64,000 nucleotides of DNA from Octopus bimaculoides (taxonomy: Eukaryota), in assembly GCF_001194135.2 (NCBI RefSeq), contig NC_068995.1, positions 4,193,804-4,257,803 of the forward strand, written 5' to 3'. A model generated the notes under the pieces. The model did no database searches. It saw nothing but the letters and a program-made list of their open reading frames with translations, and had not been told where the DNA came from. Each line of letters begins with the position of its first letter. The stretch's first letter is position 1. Positions 25,960 through 37,590 of the stretch are shown piece by piece. Made by a program: the position numbers and the translations under genes.

Positions 25960-26700
25960 TGTGGGCGACCAATGACTAATTATGTGGTATGGAGGGAACT
26001 GAGTATAGTGGGTCACGGAGACAGATGATAGCAAACACAAATGAGTCGGGAGGTGGGGTCCTGAATTAAGGTAGTGTGAGATCAGCAACCGCCTGGGAAC
26101 AAAGGCCGTTGTAGTAGCGGTATTAAACCCAGTGAGTGGAGACAGCATGTCAGTGGATCAATAGTTGCAGTGCATTTGTGAATAACTTCATCATAATCAT
26201 TGAAGAAAGGTTTTCTGTTGTTACATCAAGGAAGGTAATGCTTAGCAGCAATGCTGTCCCGGATGCGGGGCCAGCGTCCCGAAGTGGCATTTAAAGAGTT
26301 AAGAATTCTTGGAAGATTGTAATATTTAATGGTGCTGAGAGGAGGGACTTGTCTTTGAAGTGCACATGTTGCCATATTAATGTGGTGGAATGAAAGTAAG
26401 ATCAGACATAGAAGGGTCTATGTTGTTGTAGATGAGCGCATGAAGGCCATGTGGAACAAAACCAACCCATGAGACATGCTGGAGTTCATTGGGTTTTGGT
26501 TAGGGAAAGATTCATCAGAATTCTTTGTTGACTGGCGATTCTAGCAAAAAGATTCCCATTCAGGAATTGGGAGACAAGCAGAGTCTAAGAGTCCATAGTT
26601 CACTAATTTGGAAGGAAGATTCACTTCCTGGGTACAGTGAAAGGCCCTGATTATGTAGAGGGTACACAGTTTTCCTTTTAATTCTCGATAGTGAGAGCAT
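25960..26700 (-). mobile_element. Decayed CR1/Jockey-group LINE reverse-transcriptase remnant
   Basis: Minus-strand frames give PMNSSMSHGLVL (cf. PVNSGVPQGSVL) and later LDV...FTNALQLLIH*HAVS...YRYYNGLCSQAVADL (cf. LQPLSHRR.VASL.LFYRYYNG.CS.EL). There are many stops and frameshifts. Confidence 0.6.
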
Positions 26701-26744
26701 GTTGAGGAATAACTTAACTGTTTTGGTCACCGGTACAAAGTGGC

Positions 26745-26940
26745 CTGTGTTTGTCCCCCCACCACCATCGCTTGTCAACCGATGTTGGTGTGTTCACGTC
26801 CCCGTAACCAAGCGATTTGGAATAAGAGACCGATAGCATAAGTACTTGGCTTACAAAGAATAAGTCCTGGGGTCGATTTCTTCGACTAAAAGGCGGTGCT
26901 CCAGCATGGCCGCAGTCAATTGACTGAACCAAATAAAAGA
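26745..26940 (+). mobile_element. SINE family A, 3' half
   Basis: It runs TTTGTCCCCCCACCACCATCGCTTG...GGCGGTGCTCCAGCATGGCCGCAGTC, the same as the tail of 22698-23093. Confidence 0.9.
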
Positions 26941-27652
26941 ATGTGTGAGTGCGTGCGTGTGTGTGTGTGTTTGTGTATGTGTGCGCGCGCGCACGTTTTT
27001 TGCAGACTGTTTATGCAAGTGTGCGCAAGCGTGTGTAAATCTGTGTGCCGTGCGTGTGTACGTGTGTAAGTGTGTGCGTGTGTGTGTGTATGTGTGTGTA
27101 ATTTTGTGTGAGAATGTGTAGGTGGTAGTGGATATGCATGTGTCTGTGTGCATGTTGCGTATTAGTGTGTGTCTCGTGTATCTACATGCGTTTGAGCGTA
27201 TATAAGTGTATGTGATTCTTTGTCTGTATGTTTGGTTGTGTGAGTATGACAGAGTAAGAGTGTGTATGTGTGAGAATATATGTGTATGTATGTACGAATG
27301 TATGTGTTTGCGTGTGCGCGAGCATCAGTTCTTAACTGTCCAGAGACGAAAAGTGTAATTAACTATCACGCCCCCTCATATATTTCACAAATAAATGAAG
27401 CGGTGTTACAGTTAATTGCAATTAGTTTGTAGTCTAAATGAAAATTATATATAATTGATTATATTAACCCAAGGAGTTCACTGGTACTTTATTTATAATG
27501 CCCGCTGAAAAGATAAGCGGCAAGTTTGACTCGAGCGGAATTTGAACTCAGATCTCAAGGAGTCGGGTCTAAAATGATTTCTATGAAAGTAATAAAGCTA
27601 GAAATGGTTTGAAAGGTGTTAGTCTGACCTCATTACTTGACCAGAACTTTGA

Positions 27653-27860
27653 AGGTGGGAAACTGGCAGAATCGTTAGCACGCTGCGCGAAATGCTTAGT
27701 GGTATTTCGTCTGCCGTTATATTCTGAGTTCAGCTTCCACCGGTGTCGACTTTACCTTTCGTCCTTACGGGGTCGACCAAATACGTACCAGTCACGCACT
27801 GGGGTCGATGTAATCGACTAGCCCCAAATTTCGGGCCTTGTACCTATACTAGAAAGGATT
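27653..27860 (+). mobile_element. SINE family B, full length
   Basis: It runs GGAACTGGCAGAATCGTTAGCACGC...CTGAGTTCAG...CACTGGGGTCGATGTAATCGACTAG...GGGCCTTGTACC. Confidence 0.9.
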
Positions 27861-28655
27861 ATTTGACTGGCATTTTATTTTATCGAATCCCCGATCAGAT
27901 GGAATGTGAAGTCGACCCCCTCACCACCTCCACCAGGATTTGAACTCAGAACTTAAGAAGCCGGATCTAAAATTATTACTAAAGAAAGCAATAAAGACAG
28001 AAGTGTGTCAGGAGGTGTTACTCATATGTTCCTTTGTCGAACTTTGAATATTTGGAAGTTAAAGTTGACAACAGCGAAATTTGAACTTGGGACCTCAAAA
28101 ATCGCTTCTAAAATTATTTTCAACAAAGACATGACCAGAAATTTGATGAGACTTGTTAACCAATTATATTAGATTCTATCATTTGCTTAGTACTTTATTT
28201 CATCGANNNNNNNNNNNNNNNNNNNNNNNNNNNNNNNNNNNNNNNNNNNNNNNNNNNNNNNNNNNNNNNNNNNNNNNNNNNNNNNNNNNNNNNNNNNNNN
28301 NNNNNNNNNNNNNNNNNNNNNNNNNNNNNNNNNNNNNNNNNNNNNNNNNNNNNNNNNNNNNNNNNNNNNNNNNNNNNNNNNNNNNNNNNNNNNNNNNNNN
28401 NNNNNNNNNNNNNNNNNNNNNNNNNNNNNNNNNNNNNNNNNNNNNNNNNNNNNNNNNNNNNNNNNNNNNNNNNNNNNNNNNNNNNNNNNNNNNNNNNNNN
28501 NNNNNNNNNNNNNNNNNNNNNNNNNNNNNNNNNNNNNNNNNNNNNNNNNNNNNNNNNNNNNNNNNNNNNNNNNNNNNNNNNNNNNNNNNNNNNNNNNNNN
28601 NNNNNNNNNNNNNNNNNNNNNNNNNNNNNNNNNNNNNNNNNNNNNNNNNNNNNNN

Positions 28656-28714
<59 letters not shown>

Positions 28715-28724
28715 ACATGTCTTC

Positions 28725-29130
28725 TATCATTTATCATTTTCAGCCATTAGACTGCTGCCATGCTGGAGCACCGCAGTGAAGAATTTTTAGTCGAATGAAT
28801 GGATGCCAGTACGTGTTTTTTTAAACCTCGTACTTATTCTATCATCTCCCTTGCCGAACCGCTTTGTTATGGGAACGTAAACACACCAATAACGGTTGTC
28901 AAGCGGTGGCCGGAGACGATCACAGACATAAAGACACTCACACACAGAGAAACACAGACACATACACACACACATACATATATAAACATATATGATGGAC
29001 TTCTTTCTGTTTCCATCTACAAAATCCAATCAAAAGGCTTTGGTTGGCCCGAAGCTATAGTAGAAGCCATTTGCCCAAGGTGCCACGCAGTGGGACTGAC
29101 ACCGGGGCGATGTAGTTGTAAAGCAAGTTT
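28725..29130 (-). mobile_element. SINE family A, nearly full length with a degenerate head
   Basis: Tail CCATGCTGGAGCACC, internal (CA)n and CCCAAGGTGCCACGCAGTGGGACTGA are all present. Confidence 0.88.
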
Positions 29131-29134
29131 ATCT

Positions 29135-29330
29135 TTTGTCCTTGAGTATTTTGGTCGTATGAATCGACCCCACTGCTTGGGTTTTAAGCATGATACTTAT
29201 GCTATACTTCGCTCTTGGCGAACTGCTACGTAATGGTGACGTAAACACACCAAACCGGCTGTGAAGCGGTGGTGGGGGATGTGTCAAATGCAGACACCAA
29301 GGATTCAATCACACAAACACACGCAGATAT
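29135..29330 (-). mobile_element. SINE family A 3' half, tandem with the preceding copy
   Basis: AATCGACCCC...GACGTAAACACACC...GCGGTGGTGGGG repeats the tail block. The head, if present, lies in the N gap. Confidence 0.75.
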
Positions 29331-30370
29331 TCAGACACGCAGACACAGACAGACACACATAAGTGTGTGCATATATATACATATATATATATATATANNN
29401 NNNNNNNNNNNNNNNNNNNNNNNNNNNNNNNNNNNNNNNNNNNNNNNNNNNNNNNNNNNNNNNNNNNNNNNNNNNNNNNNNNNNNNNNNNNNNNNNNNNN
29501 NNNNNNNNNNNNNNNNNNNNNNNNNNNNNNNNNNNNNNNNNNNNNNNNNNNNNNNNNNNNNNNNNNNNNNNNNNNNNNNNNNNNNNNNNNNNNNNNNNNN
29601 NNNNNNNNNNNNNNNNNNNNNNNNNNNNNNNNNNNNNNNNNNNNNNNNNNNNNNNNNNNNNNNNNNNNNNNNNNNNNNNNNNNNNNNNNNNNNNNNNNNN
29701 NNNNNNNNNNNNNNNNNNNNNNNNNNNNNNNNNNNNNNNNNNNNNNNNNNNNNNNNNNNNNNNNNNNNNNNNNNNNNNNNNNNNNNNNNNNNNNNNNNNN
29801 NNNNNNNNNNNNNNNNNNNNNNNNNNNNNNNNNNNNNNNNNNNNNNNNNNNNNNNNNNNNNNNNNNNNNNNNNNNNNNNNNNNNNNNNNNNNNNNNNNNN
29901 NNNNNNNNNNNNNNNNNNNNNNNNNNNNNNNNNNNNNNNNNNNNNNNNNNNNNNNNNNNNNNNNNNNNNNNNNNNNNNNNNNNNNNNNNNNNNNNNNNNN
30001 NNNNNNNNNNNNNNNNNNNNNNNNNNNNNNNNNNNNNNNNNNNNNNNNNNNNNNNNNNNNNNNNNNNNNNNNNNNNNNNNNNNNNNNNNNNNNNNNNNNN
30101 NNNNNNNNNNNNNNNNNNNNNNNNNNNNNNNNNNNNNNNNNNNNNNNNNNNNNNNNNNNNNNNNNNNNNNNNNNNNNNNNNNNNNNNNNNNNNNNNNNNN
30201 NNNNNNNNNNNNNNNNNNNNNNNNNNNNNNNNNNNNNNNNNNNNNNNNNNNNNNNNNNNNNNNNNNNNNNNNNNNNNNNNNNNNNNNNNNNNNNNNNNNN
30301 NNNNNNNNNNNNNNNNNNNNNNNNNNNNNNNNNNNNNNTATATATATATATATGTACATGTACATGCGAT

Positions 30371-30530
30371 GGCGTGGCTGTGTGGTAAGAAGCTTGCTTC
30401 CCAATCACATGGTTCCGAGTTCAGTCTCACTGCGTGGCAGCTTAGGCAAGTGTCTTTTACTATAATCCCGGGCCGACCAAATCCCTGTGAGTGGATTTGT
30501 TAGACGGAAACTGAATGAAGCACGTCGTAT
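30371..30530 (+). mobile_element. SINE family A, 5' half
   Basis: It runs GGCGTGGCTGTGTGGTAAGAAGCTTGCTTCCC...GAGTTCAGTCTCACTGCGTGGCAGCTTAGGCAAGTGTCTT...GACGGAAACTGA. Confidence 0.92.
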
Positions 30531-30597
30531 ATATGTATATTTATTTGCTAGTCTTTTGCCAACATTTTAAGTCCCTATATGTATTATATATTCCTGA

Positions 30598-30890
30598 TAT
30601 TGCGTCGGTTACGACGACGAGCGTTAGAGTTGATTCGATTGACGGCAGAACAACCTACTCATGAAATTAACGTGCAACTGGCTGAGGTCTCTACCGACAC
30701 CATGCTCTTCAGTGCGGAATAGAATGCGACGAGGCTGGTCGTTTGAATTACACTTACAACTCACTTTTGCCAGTTGAATGGACTGAAGCAACAAGAAATA
30801 AAATGTCTTGCTCAAGGAAACAACGCATCGCCAGGAATCGAAATCGCGATCTGACAATCCTGATCCGAATACACTTACCACTAACCACTG
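30598..30890 (-). mobile_element. SINE family C, full length
   Basis: It runs GTCGGTTACGACGACGAG...GAAATTAACGTGCAA...AAATAAAATGTCTTGCTCAAGGAAACAACGC...ACTTACCACTAACCAC. Confidence 0.8.
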
Positions 30891-31998
30891 TTTCGTGATA
30901 CAGCTCATACATAACCTGAATATAGTTTGATATAAATTTTTAATAATTTTTGTAAATAATGCTCTCAGAAAGGTAAGATATCAATTTCCACCTGTGATGT
31001 CATATATTGATTAAAAGGTTACAGTACTCGTACGCCATTTATATTCTGTTTTATTTTTTACTCTCCAGATATTAGGTTCTCTGTAAGGTAATAAACAAAG
31101 CGTTGAATATGATTACAGGTAAATAAAATCACATCTGATAAAAGTCAACATTTTATTTTCCAAGTAATGCACAAGTAATTACGCTAGTCGTGTTGCACTC
31201 ATACACGGAGGTGAAACTCAGAACTCACGTAAAAATAAGGTTTTGTGCATGTTGAACAAAGAAAACAACATGAAGTTCACTGCTCACAAACTTGAAGATG
31301 CATTATTACGACTACGTCAGGTTGGAGAGGTGTGAGAGAGAAGGTACAGCATTGGTGGCATCAGTGGGAGCTGGAGAGTTAGGTAATTTACGGGTGTCCA
31401 CCTACGAAGCCCGGTTGTCATTAAAGGGTTATAAAAGAGGATTTTTGTGACGGGTGTTGTAAGACAGTAAGAAAGAGAGTGAGGTGCGGGAACAGCAGAG
31501 AAAAGAGTAGGAGGAATGTAATAAGAAAACGGATAAAAGTACATTTAGAGACACGGAGGGAAAGAGAGAGGAGAAACAGACAGACAGACAAAGGTGTTGA
31601 GAGGGAGAGATGTAAATCTTATTAGGAAGCGTATACATAATTTTTTTTAAGATTAAACAGGGAATATGATTTCAGGAAAATATAATGGAAGTTGAAAATG
31701 TCAGCATTATATTTGGAAGACAACAGTGATTACGGTATAGGAAGATAACAGGGAGACGCTATTAGTATTATAGGGTGAGAAGTGAAGGGGGGAGGTGACA
31801 TAAAAGGGGTTAAAATAAAATAAAACAATATGAAATAAAGTAAAAAATATAGTAGAGTGAGAAACACGAGGAGGTTTAATATTTGTGATAGATTTAGGGA
31901 TATAAAGGTTTTAAAGGTAGATAAATAAGTTGACAGAGAGAAGGGCAGGTCGATATACATACATACGTATATAGATAGATAGATGGATAGATAGATAA

Positions 31999-32053
<55 letters not shown>

Positions 32054-32924
32054 GTGAGTGAGGTAGGGGAATTGTATGGATTATTCCAAAGGTGAATTTT
32101 ATGATATGAATGTAATGTTTGCAAGCTTCAAACTTTGTGATGTTAAGACAACGAGTTTTTACAAAAATAATTTCAGCCTATTTTAGTATAGCATTTATTA
32201 AAAAAAATTCAGTTTCGTAGTAAAGTAAATTCAGTTGTTACTTACAGAAAAACAAAATAATTAATAAACTCTAGAGTATAAATAAGCGTATATCTGATCA
32301 AACAACTGCACAGTATTATACATCTACGTTAATCATTATTTAACTATTTTAGTTTCAGAATTTTTTTATGTAACTCCTTAGGGACATCTATTGTTCATAT
32401 ATTCATAGTTTCATCTAAACATAATTATTTATCATTTTATAGATCTAATATACTTAAATTTCTTGTTCTTAAGATTCACGTATTTGTTTAATACATGAAA
32501 GATTCCGCAAAAAATATTTTAACGTAGAGTTTTTTCCTTACAGCAAAGTTTCTTCGTCGTCTGACATTTAATTCAATTTCTCTCTATTTTTTTTTAGCTC
32601 CTTCTTATCATGTATCTTGAATATAATCCCACACAAAACGTAGCTCGGTGATTTTGAATTTGTTTGCATTTCATCCTCTGTCAACAAGTCTACTCCATCT
32701 TTTACAAATATTTCCATCTCTTCATACGCGTTACCTGGATACACACAGACATATCCATACGCATGCAGTCACACACTTCTAAGATATATATATATATATT
32801 AATAGTTATCGCCAAGCCAACATGGCAGTCCCAAAATTAGGACGAAAGCTGCCGTGAATTAGCTCCAAGAAGCCATCGCCTCTAGCTAGCTATGTGACAC
32901 ACGAAACCTGTGTCCTTTATAACC

Positions 32925-32979
32925 TATATTATATTATATTATATTATATTATATTATATTATATTATATTATATTATAT
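32925..32979. repeat. (ATATT)n pentanucleotide microsatellite
   Basis: Directly visible. Confidence 0.97.
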
Positions 32980-32987
32980 GAGGTTAA

Positions 32988-33285
32988 AGCTTATAAGCAA
33001 TCACCGTGTATTGACTAAAATCAATAATCTAATACTGGGGCATATAAGCCCTCGATAGAAAAAAAGTGGGTTTTCCATATGCGTAGGACTTGAAACTTAA
33101 ACCTCTGTGTTTTCGTGGCCAGTGGGTATGTTGTTGTAAAACACTGATCGTAAAAGACAAAGGGGTGTAAGTGTAAGTTCGAGTCCTACGCATACGGAAA
33201 ACACACACTTTTCTGTCGAGGTCTTATATGAACCAATATTAGATTTTTTTTTTTTTTGTTCAACGTACGCTGATCGGTTATAAAT
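32988..33285. mobile_element. Palindromic (fold-back) non-autonomous element flanked by TTAA
   Basis: The left half matches the reverse complement of the right half across ~140 bp, e.g. AATCTAATACTGGGGCATATAAGCCCTCGA vs AATCTAATATTGGTTCATATAAGACCTCGA, and TTTTCCATATGCGTAGGACTTGAA vs TTTTCCGTATGCGTAGGACTCGAA. TTAA is at 32984-32987 and 33286-33289. Confidence 0.7.
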
Positions 33286-33373
33286 TTAAGCTTATAAAGT
33301 ACTTTTATTTACAGAATTGTAAAATTAGGTACTGCTTTTCAAAAGCATCGCAGAAAACACATAGATATGTATG

Positions 33374-33410
<37 letters not shown>

Positions 33411-33694
33411 NNNNNNNNNNNNNNNNNNNNNNNNNNNNNNNNNNNNNNNNNNNNNNNNNNNNNNNNNNNNNNNNNNNNNNNNNNNNNNNNNNNNNNNNNN
33501 NNNNNNNNNNNNNNNNNNNNNNNNNNNNNNNNNNNNNNNNNNNNNNNNNNNNNNNNNNNNNNNNNNNNNNNNNNNNNNNNNNNNNNNNNNNNNNNNNNNN
33601 NNNNNNNNNNNNNNNNNNNNNNNNNNNNNNNNNNNNNNNNNNNNNNNNNNNNNNNNNNNNNNNNNNNNNNNNNNNNNNNNNNNNNNNNNNNNNN

Positions 33695-33743
<49 letters not shown>

Positions 33744-33764
33744 ATGTATATACGGCAGGCTACC

Positions 33765-33990
33765 GAAAATACGAATTCCACTGGGCCGCAGATATTGCAA
33801 GAATTACAGACAATAAATAGGTGGACGGAAATGCAATTTCTGGTCAGTGTCCAGCAGATCGTAAAAGGCCTCATAGACGGTCTACAGGTTGATGGGAACA
33901 CGATTTTATCAAATGATTTGCACTACGATGGAAAACAACACAATCAAGAAAGAATTGGAAACGCATGGAGACCAGCGATAATATACCGAA
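33765..33990 (+). mobile_element. RTE-clade LINE 3'-end fragment
   Basis: One frame reads KYEFHWAADIARITDNK*...CPADRKRPHRRSTG*WEHDFIK*FALRWKTTQSRKNWKRM. This matches RTE KW.WAGHIAR.TDNRW...KRPRGRP..RW.D.....W...AQDR..W. Confidence 0.75.
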
Positions 33991-34021
33991 ATCGATACAA
34001 GCCTGTCGATACATGCCTGTC

Positions 34022-34180
34022 TGTGTGGTAACAAGCTCGCTTTCTAGTAACATGGTTTCAGCTCCAGTTCTACTGCGTAGAGCCTTAGGCAGGTGTCTTC
34101 TATTATAAACACAAGTCGACCAAAGCCTTCTAAGTGAGTACGGTCAGAGAAAATTGAGATACGGTAGAAGGAAATCCGTG
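34022..34180 (+). mobile_element. SINE family A, degenerate 5' half
   Basis: CCTTAGGCAGGTGTCTTCTATTATA...GTCGACCAAAGCCTT is present. Confidence 0.7.
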
Positions 34181-34220
34181 TACATATGCGTGTGCAAGTG
34201 TGTACGTTTGTTCGTATGTA

Positions 34221-34416
34221 CAAGGGGTATTGAAAAGTTCCCGGCAATGGATAAAAGAAAATACAGGAGGATCAACATATTGCCCTCTCAGATCCACACA
34301 CTTATTGCAGGGCTCCTTCAGTTTTTCCAAGCCCTGTAAAAGAACTCGGAATGTTGGGCCTCAACCAGGCCTTTCATGATACCCGTAAAGACGGTAACAT
34401 TTCAGCACCCTTCTCG
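34221..34416. mobile_element. Mariner-derived MITE (~200 bp)
   Basis: The left end TA|CAAGGGGTATTGAAAAGTTCC matches the reverse complement of the right end TA|CGAGAAGGGTGCTGAAATGTTACC. TA lies at 34219-34220 and 34417-34418. Confidence 0.75.
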
Positions 34417-34857
34417 TATGTATATTATACACACACTCACTCTCACTCATACACACAAACACAAAGCACACGCACATTCAAATACACACATACACATAGA
34501 TAAATATATATATACATACATACAAACATTCATATATACATGCATAAATGCATGCATACATACATACGTACATACATACATACACACATACATATATGCA
34601 TGCATACATACATTCAGACATACATAAATACATCCATCCATACATACATACGTACATGCATACATACAAGCATACATGCACACATACATAATTATAAAAC
34701 AAGACTGGAGAGTTTGGTTTGCTCTGAGATAATTTACTTAGAAGAACCATGCACCTGATTCCAAAATAAACTCAGATGACGTGAATGTGTAATAAATACG
34801 TAAAGCCAGGCTTATATATACATATGTGTGTGTAGTGTGTGAGTTTGTGTGTGTGTA

Positions 34858-34906
<49 letters not shown>

Positions 34907-35953
34907 GTACATATGTACACACATAGACGGTTACTAACTACGCAAATGGTTGAATAAGGCATAAGATAAAACTTGAGGTACACGTCAGCTCGAATTTTAC
35001 AATAGATTTGTATCTAGTCTCATGCTTGAAATGACCTTCATGAGATGTGTTTTTGTTATTCTTGAAGTTGCATTAAAATAATAATCTCATTCAACTCATG
35101 ACAATTCTATTTTGTGGTAATTACATCTTGAGTCCATATCTTGTCGGTAAATACATTGTCGTCTGCCAAATCTATCGTCTGTAACTGTATCAATGAATGC
35201 TTTTAAATATTTTAGTTATTGTTTTTTCTTTGTTATGTTTTTTTGCCAAAGAAAGACATCGCATTTCATTGATTATACAAATGAAATTGAAATACAAAAA
35301 TTATATAATGTGAAATATATTCAATTTATTCAATATAAACAAATCAAAGTTAATTTTGAAAACAGAATCTCGAAACAATGCAGCAAACATTCTAAATTGA
35401 AAGAGGAGAGAAATAATCTACAACGACATATTACAAACACTGCCTCTTAAATGATCCATGTTTTTTTGCGATTTTGAAATTCATGTTCTATAGTTTAGTG
35501 TCTCGTTAGAGTTTCTTTGTCTTTGCATCTTTTTGATTCTCTTTGTCTTAAAACGACCACGACCGAGAAGTGTTTTCCCATCGTCTCGCCAAGCATCTCA
35601 CCTGGTATGTTCCGTTATTATTTCTATCCTTGATTGTTCTATTTGAAGATTTATTAATATATTCAGTTTGTTGTTTGGAATGTCACGATTAATTCGCCAC
35701 ATGACAGCAGCAAACGGTCACAATTGTTCGTCTTAGAGGTAACTTCCAGGGCTGCAGCGGAGGAATTGCAGTGAAAAATTAAAATTGCAGTGAATTTAGT
35801 AAAATTGCAGCATCGGCAAAACGCTATGCTTCGTCAGATTCTTTAAATTCTAAGTTCAACACTCGTCAAGGTAAACATTACTTCCATGCTTCCGGGTCTA
35901 TGAAATATTCGACCAGAGAAGTACCTTGAGTGATTATATTAATATACATCCCA

Positions 35954-36170
35954 AGGCCGCGAGCAAGCAGAATCGGTAGCACGCCGGGCAAAATGTTTTG
36001 CGGCATTTCGTCCGTCTTTAAGTTCTGGGTTCAAATTTCGCCAAGATCGACTTTGCCTTTTCATCCTTTCGGAGTCGATAAAAAAAGGTACCAGTTGAGT
36101 ACTGGGGCCGATGTAATCGACTCATCCCCTCCCCCAAAATTGCTGCCCTTGTGGCAAAATTTGAAACCAT
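35954..36170 (+). mobile_element. SINE family B, full length, preceded by a more degenerate unit at ~35790-35930
   Basis: It runs GCAGAATCGGTAGCACGCCGGGC...GGGTTCAAATTTCGCC...GCCTTTTCATCCTTTCGGAGTCGATAA...AAAATTTGAAACC. Confidence 0.9.
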
Positions 36171-36204
36171 ATTGATATACATCCTCCCATAAAAATTACA
36201 GGTG

Positions 36205-36610
36205 TCATTTCGTTGGTTCGTTATTCAACTGCGCCCATACTGGGGCAGAGCTTCGAAGAATCTTCACTCAAGTGAATCGTCTTCAGTCTTTTTATTTTTA
36301 AACCTGGTACCCACTTTATCAGAAACTTTTGCCGTACCACTATTATCCGGGGCCGTAACACGTCAACACCGGTTGTCAAGCACTAGAGGGGGACAAACAC
36401 AGACAAACACAAAGACACAAAAACACACACAGACAAACACAAACACACAAACACAAACACATACATACATGAGGGGCTCGTTTCAGTTTCCGTTTATCAA
36501 ATCCGTCCAGAATATATTAGACTAGAAAACAGTTGCCTAATTTGCAACGCAAAGGGACGGAACCCAGAACCATGGTGTTGGGAAGTAAACGTCTTGCCAC
36601 ACAGCCCCGC
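36205..36610 (-). mobile_element. SINE family A, degenerate full length
   Basis: The tail, an internal (CA)-rich tract and GGGACGGAACCCAGAACCATGG...TTGCCACACAGCC are present. Confidence 0.82.
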
Positions 36611-37339
36611 ATTCAAGTAGAAAAACTATGCAGGGTTACGCAGAGGTGACGCGTATGCGTATCAATATCTGTTTATCGAAACCCACTTGATGTGCATCGG
36701 CGCATGACGTGGATGCATTGAATGGTCACGTGATGAATGTCGATATCGGTAACATACATCAATATCCATGTACCCAGGAGGTAGGGAAATCGTTAAATTC
36801 GAACACCTTCTGCCATGCATATCCAAATTGATATATTTATCATCTAACATTCATTTCAATGGTTTTCTGGGGTGGGGGTCACCTCTGCAATTTAGACGGC
36901 TAATGAAGGTTCCATATTGATAATTAAGGACCACCTGTGGTCAAAATCCTGACTATGGTTGTGATAGGAATCTGATATGCAGGTGTGATAATGGAACAAT
37001 ATTTTTCGTTGGCTGATGTCTGGGGTGCGAGAAAAATATATGGATTGATGTCAGTTGGGATACAACACATACGCACGTGCACGCACGCACTCACGCACGC
37101 ATGCAAGCAAGCAAGCAAGCACGCGCATACATGCATACATGTATATTCACACAAACATATATATAAGCACAAGACACACACACACACACACATATATATA
37201 TATGTCGGTATGAATATATGAATATATACATAATTTATGTTTGTATGTAAACGCTTTTAAACACAGGAAATCCGACTACATACTTTCGTGCGTACCTTCT
37301 CTTTTTCTACCTTTCTGAATCACTCCTCTCTCTGTCTCT

Positions 37340-37402
37340 ATTTCTTTCTCTCTCTCTCTCTCTTTCTATTTGTCTCTATATGCATGTGTGTATGTATGTA
37401 TG

Positions 37403-37446
<44 letters not shown>

Positions 37447-37493
37447 TATGTATGTACATATATAAATATATATATATATATATGTATATATGC

Positions 37494-37587
<94 letters not shown>

Positions 37588-37590
37588 ATT
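37340..37590. repeat. Compound (CT)n / (TATG)n / (TA)n / (TG)n microsatellite
   Basis: Directly visible. Confidence 0.95.
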
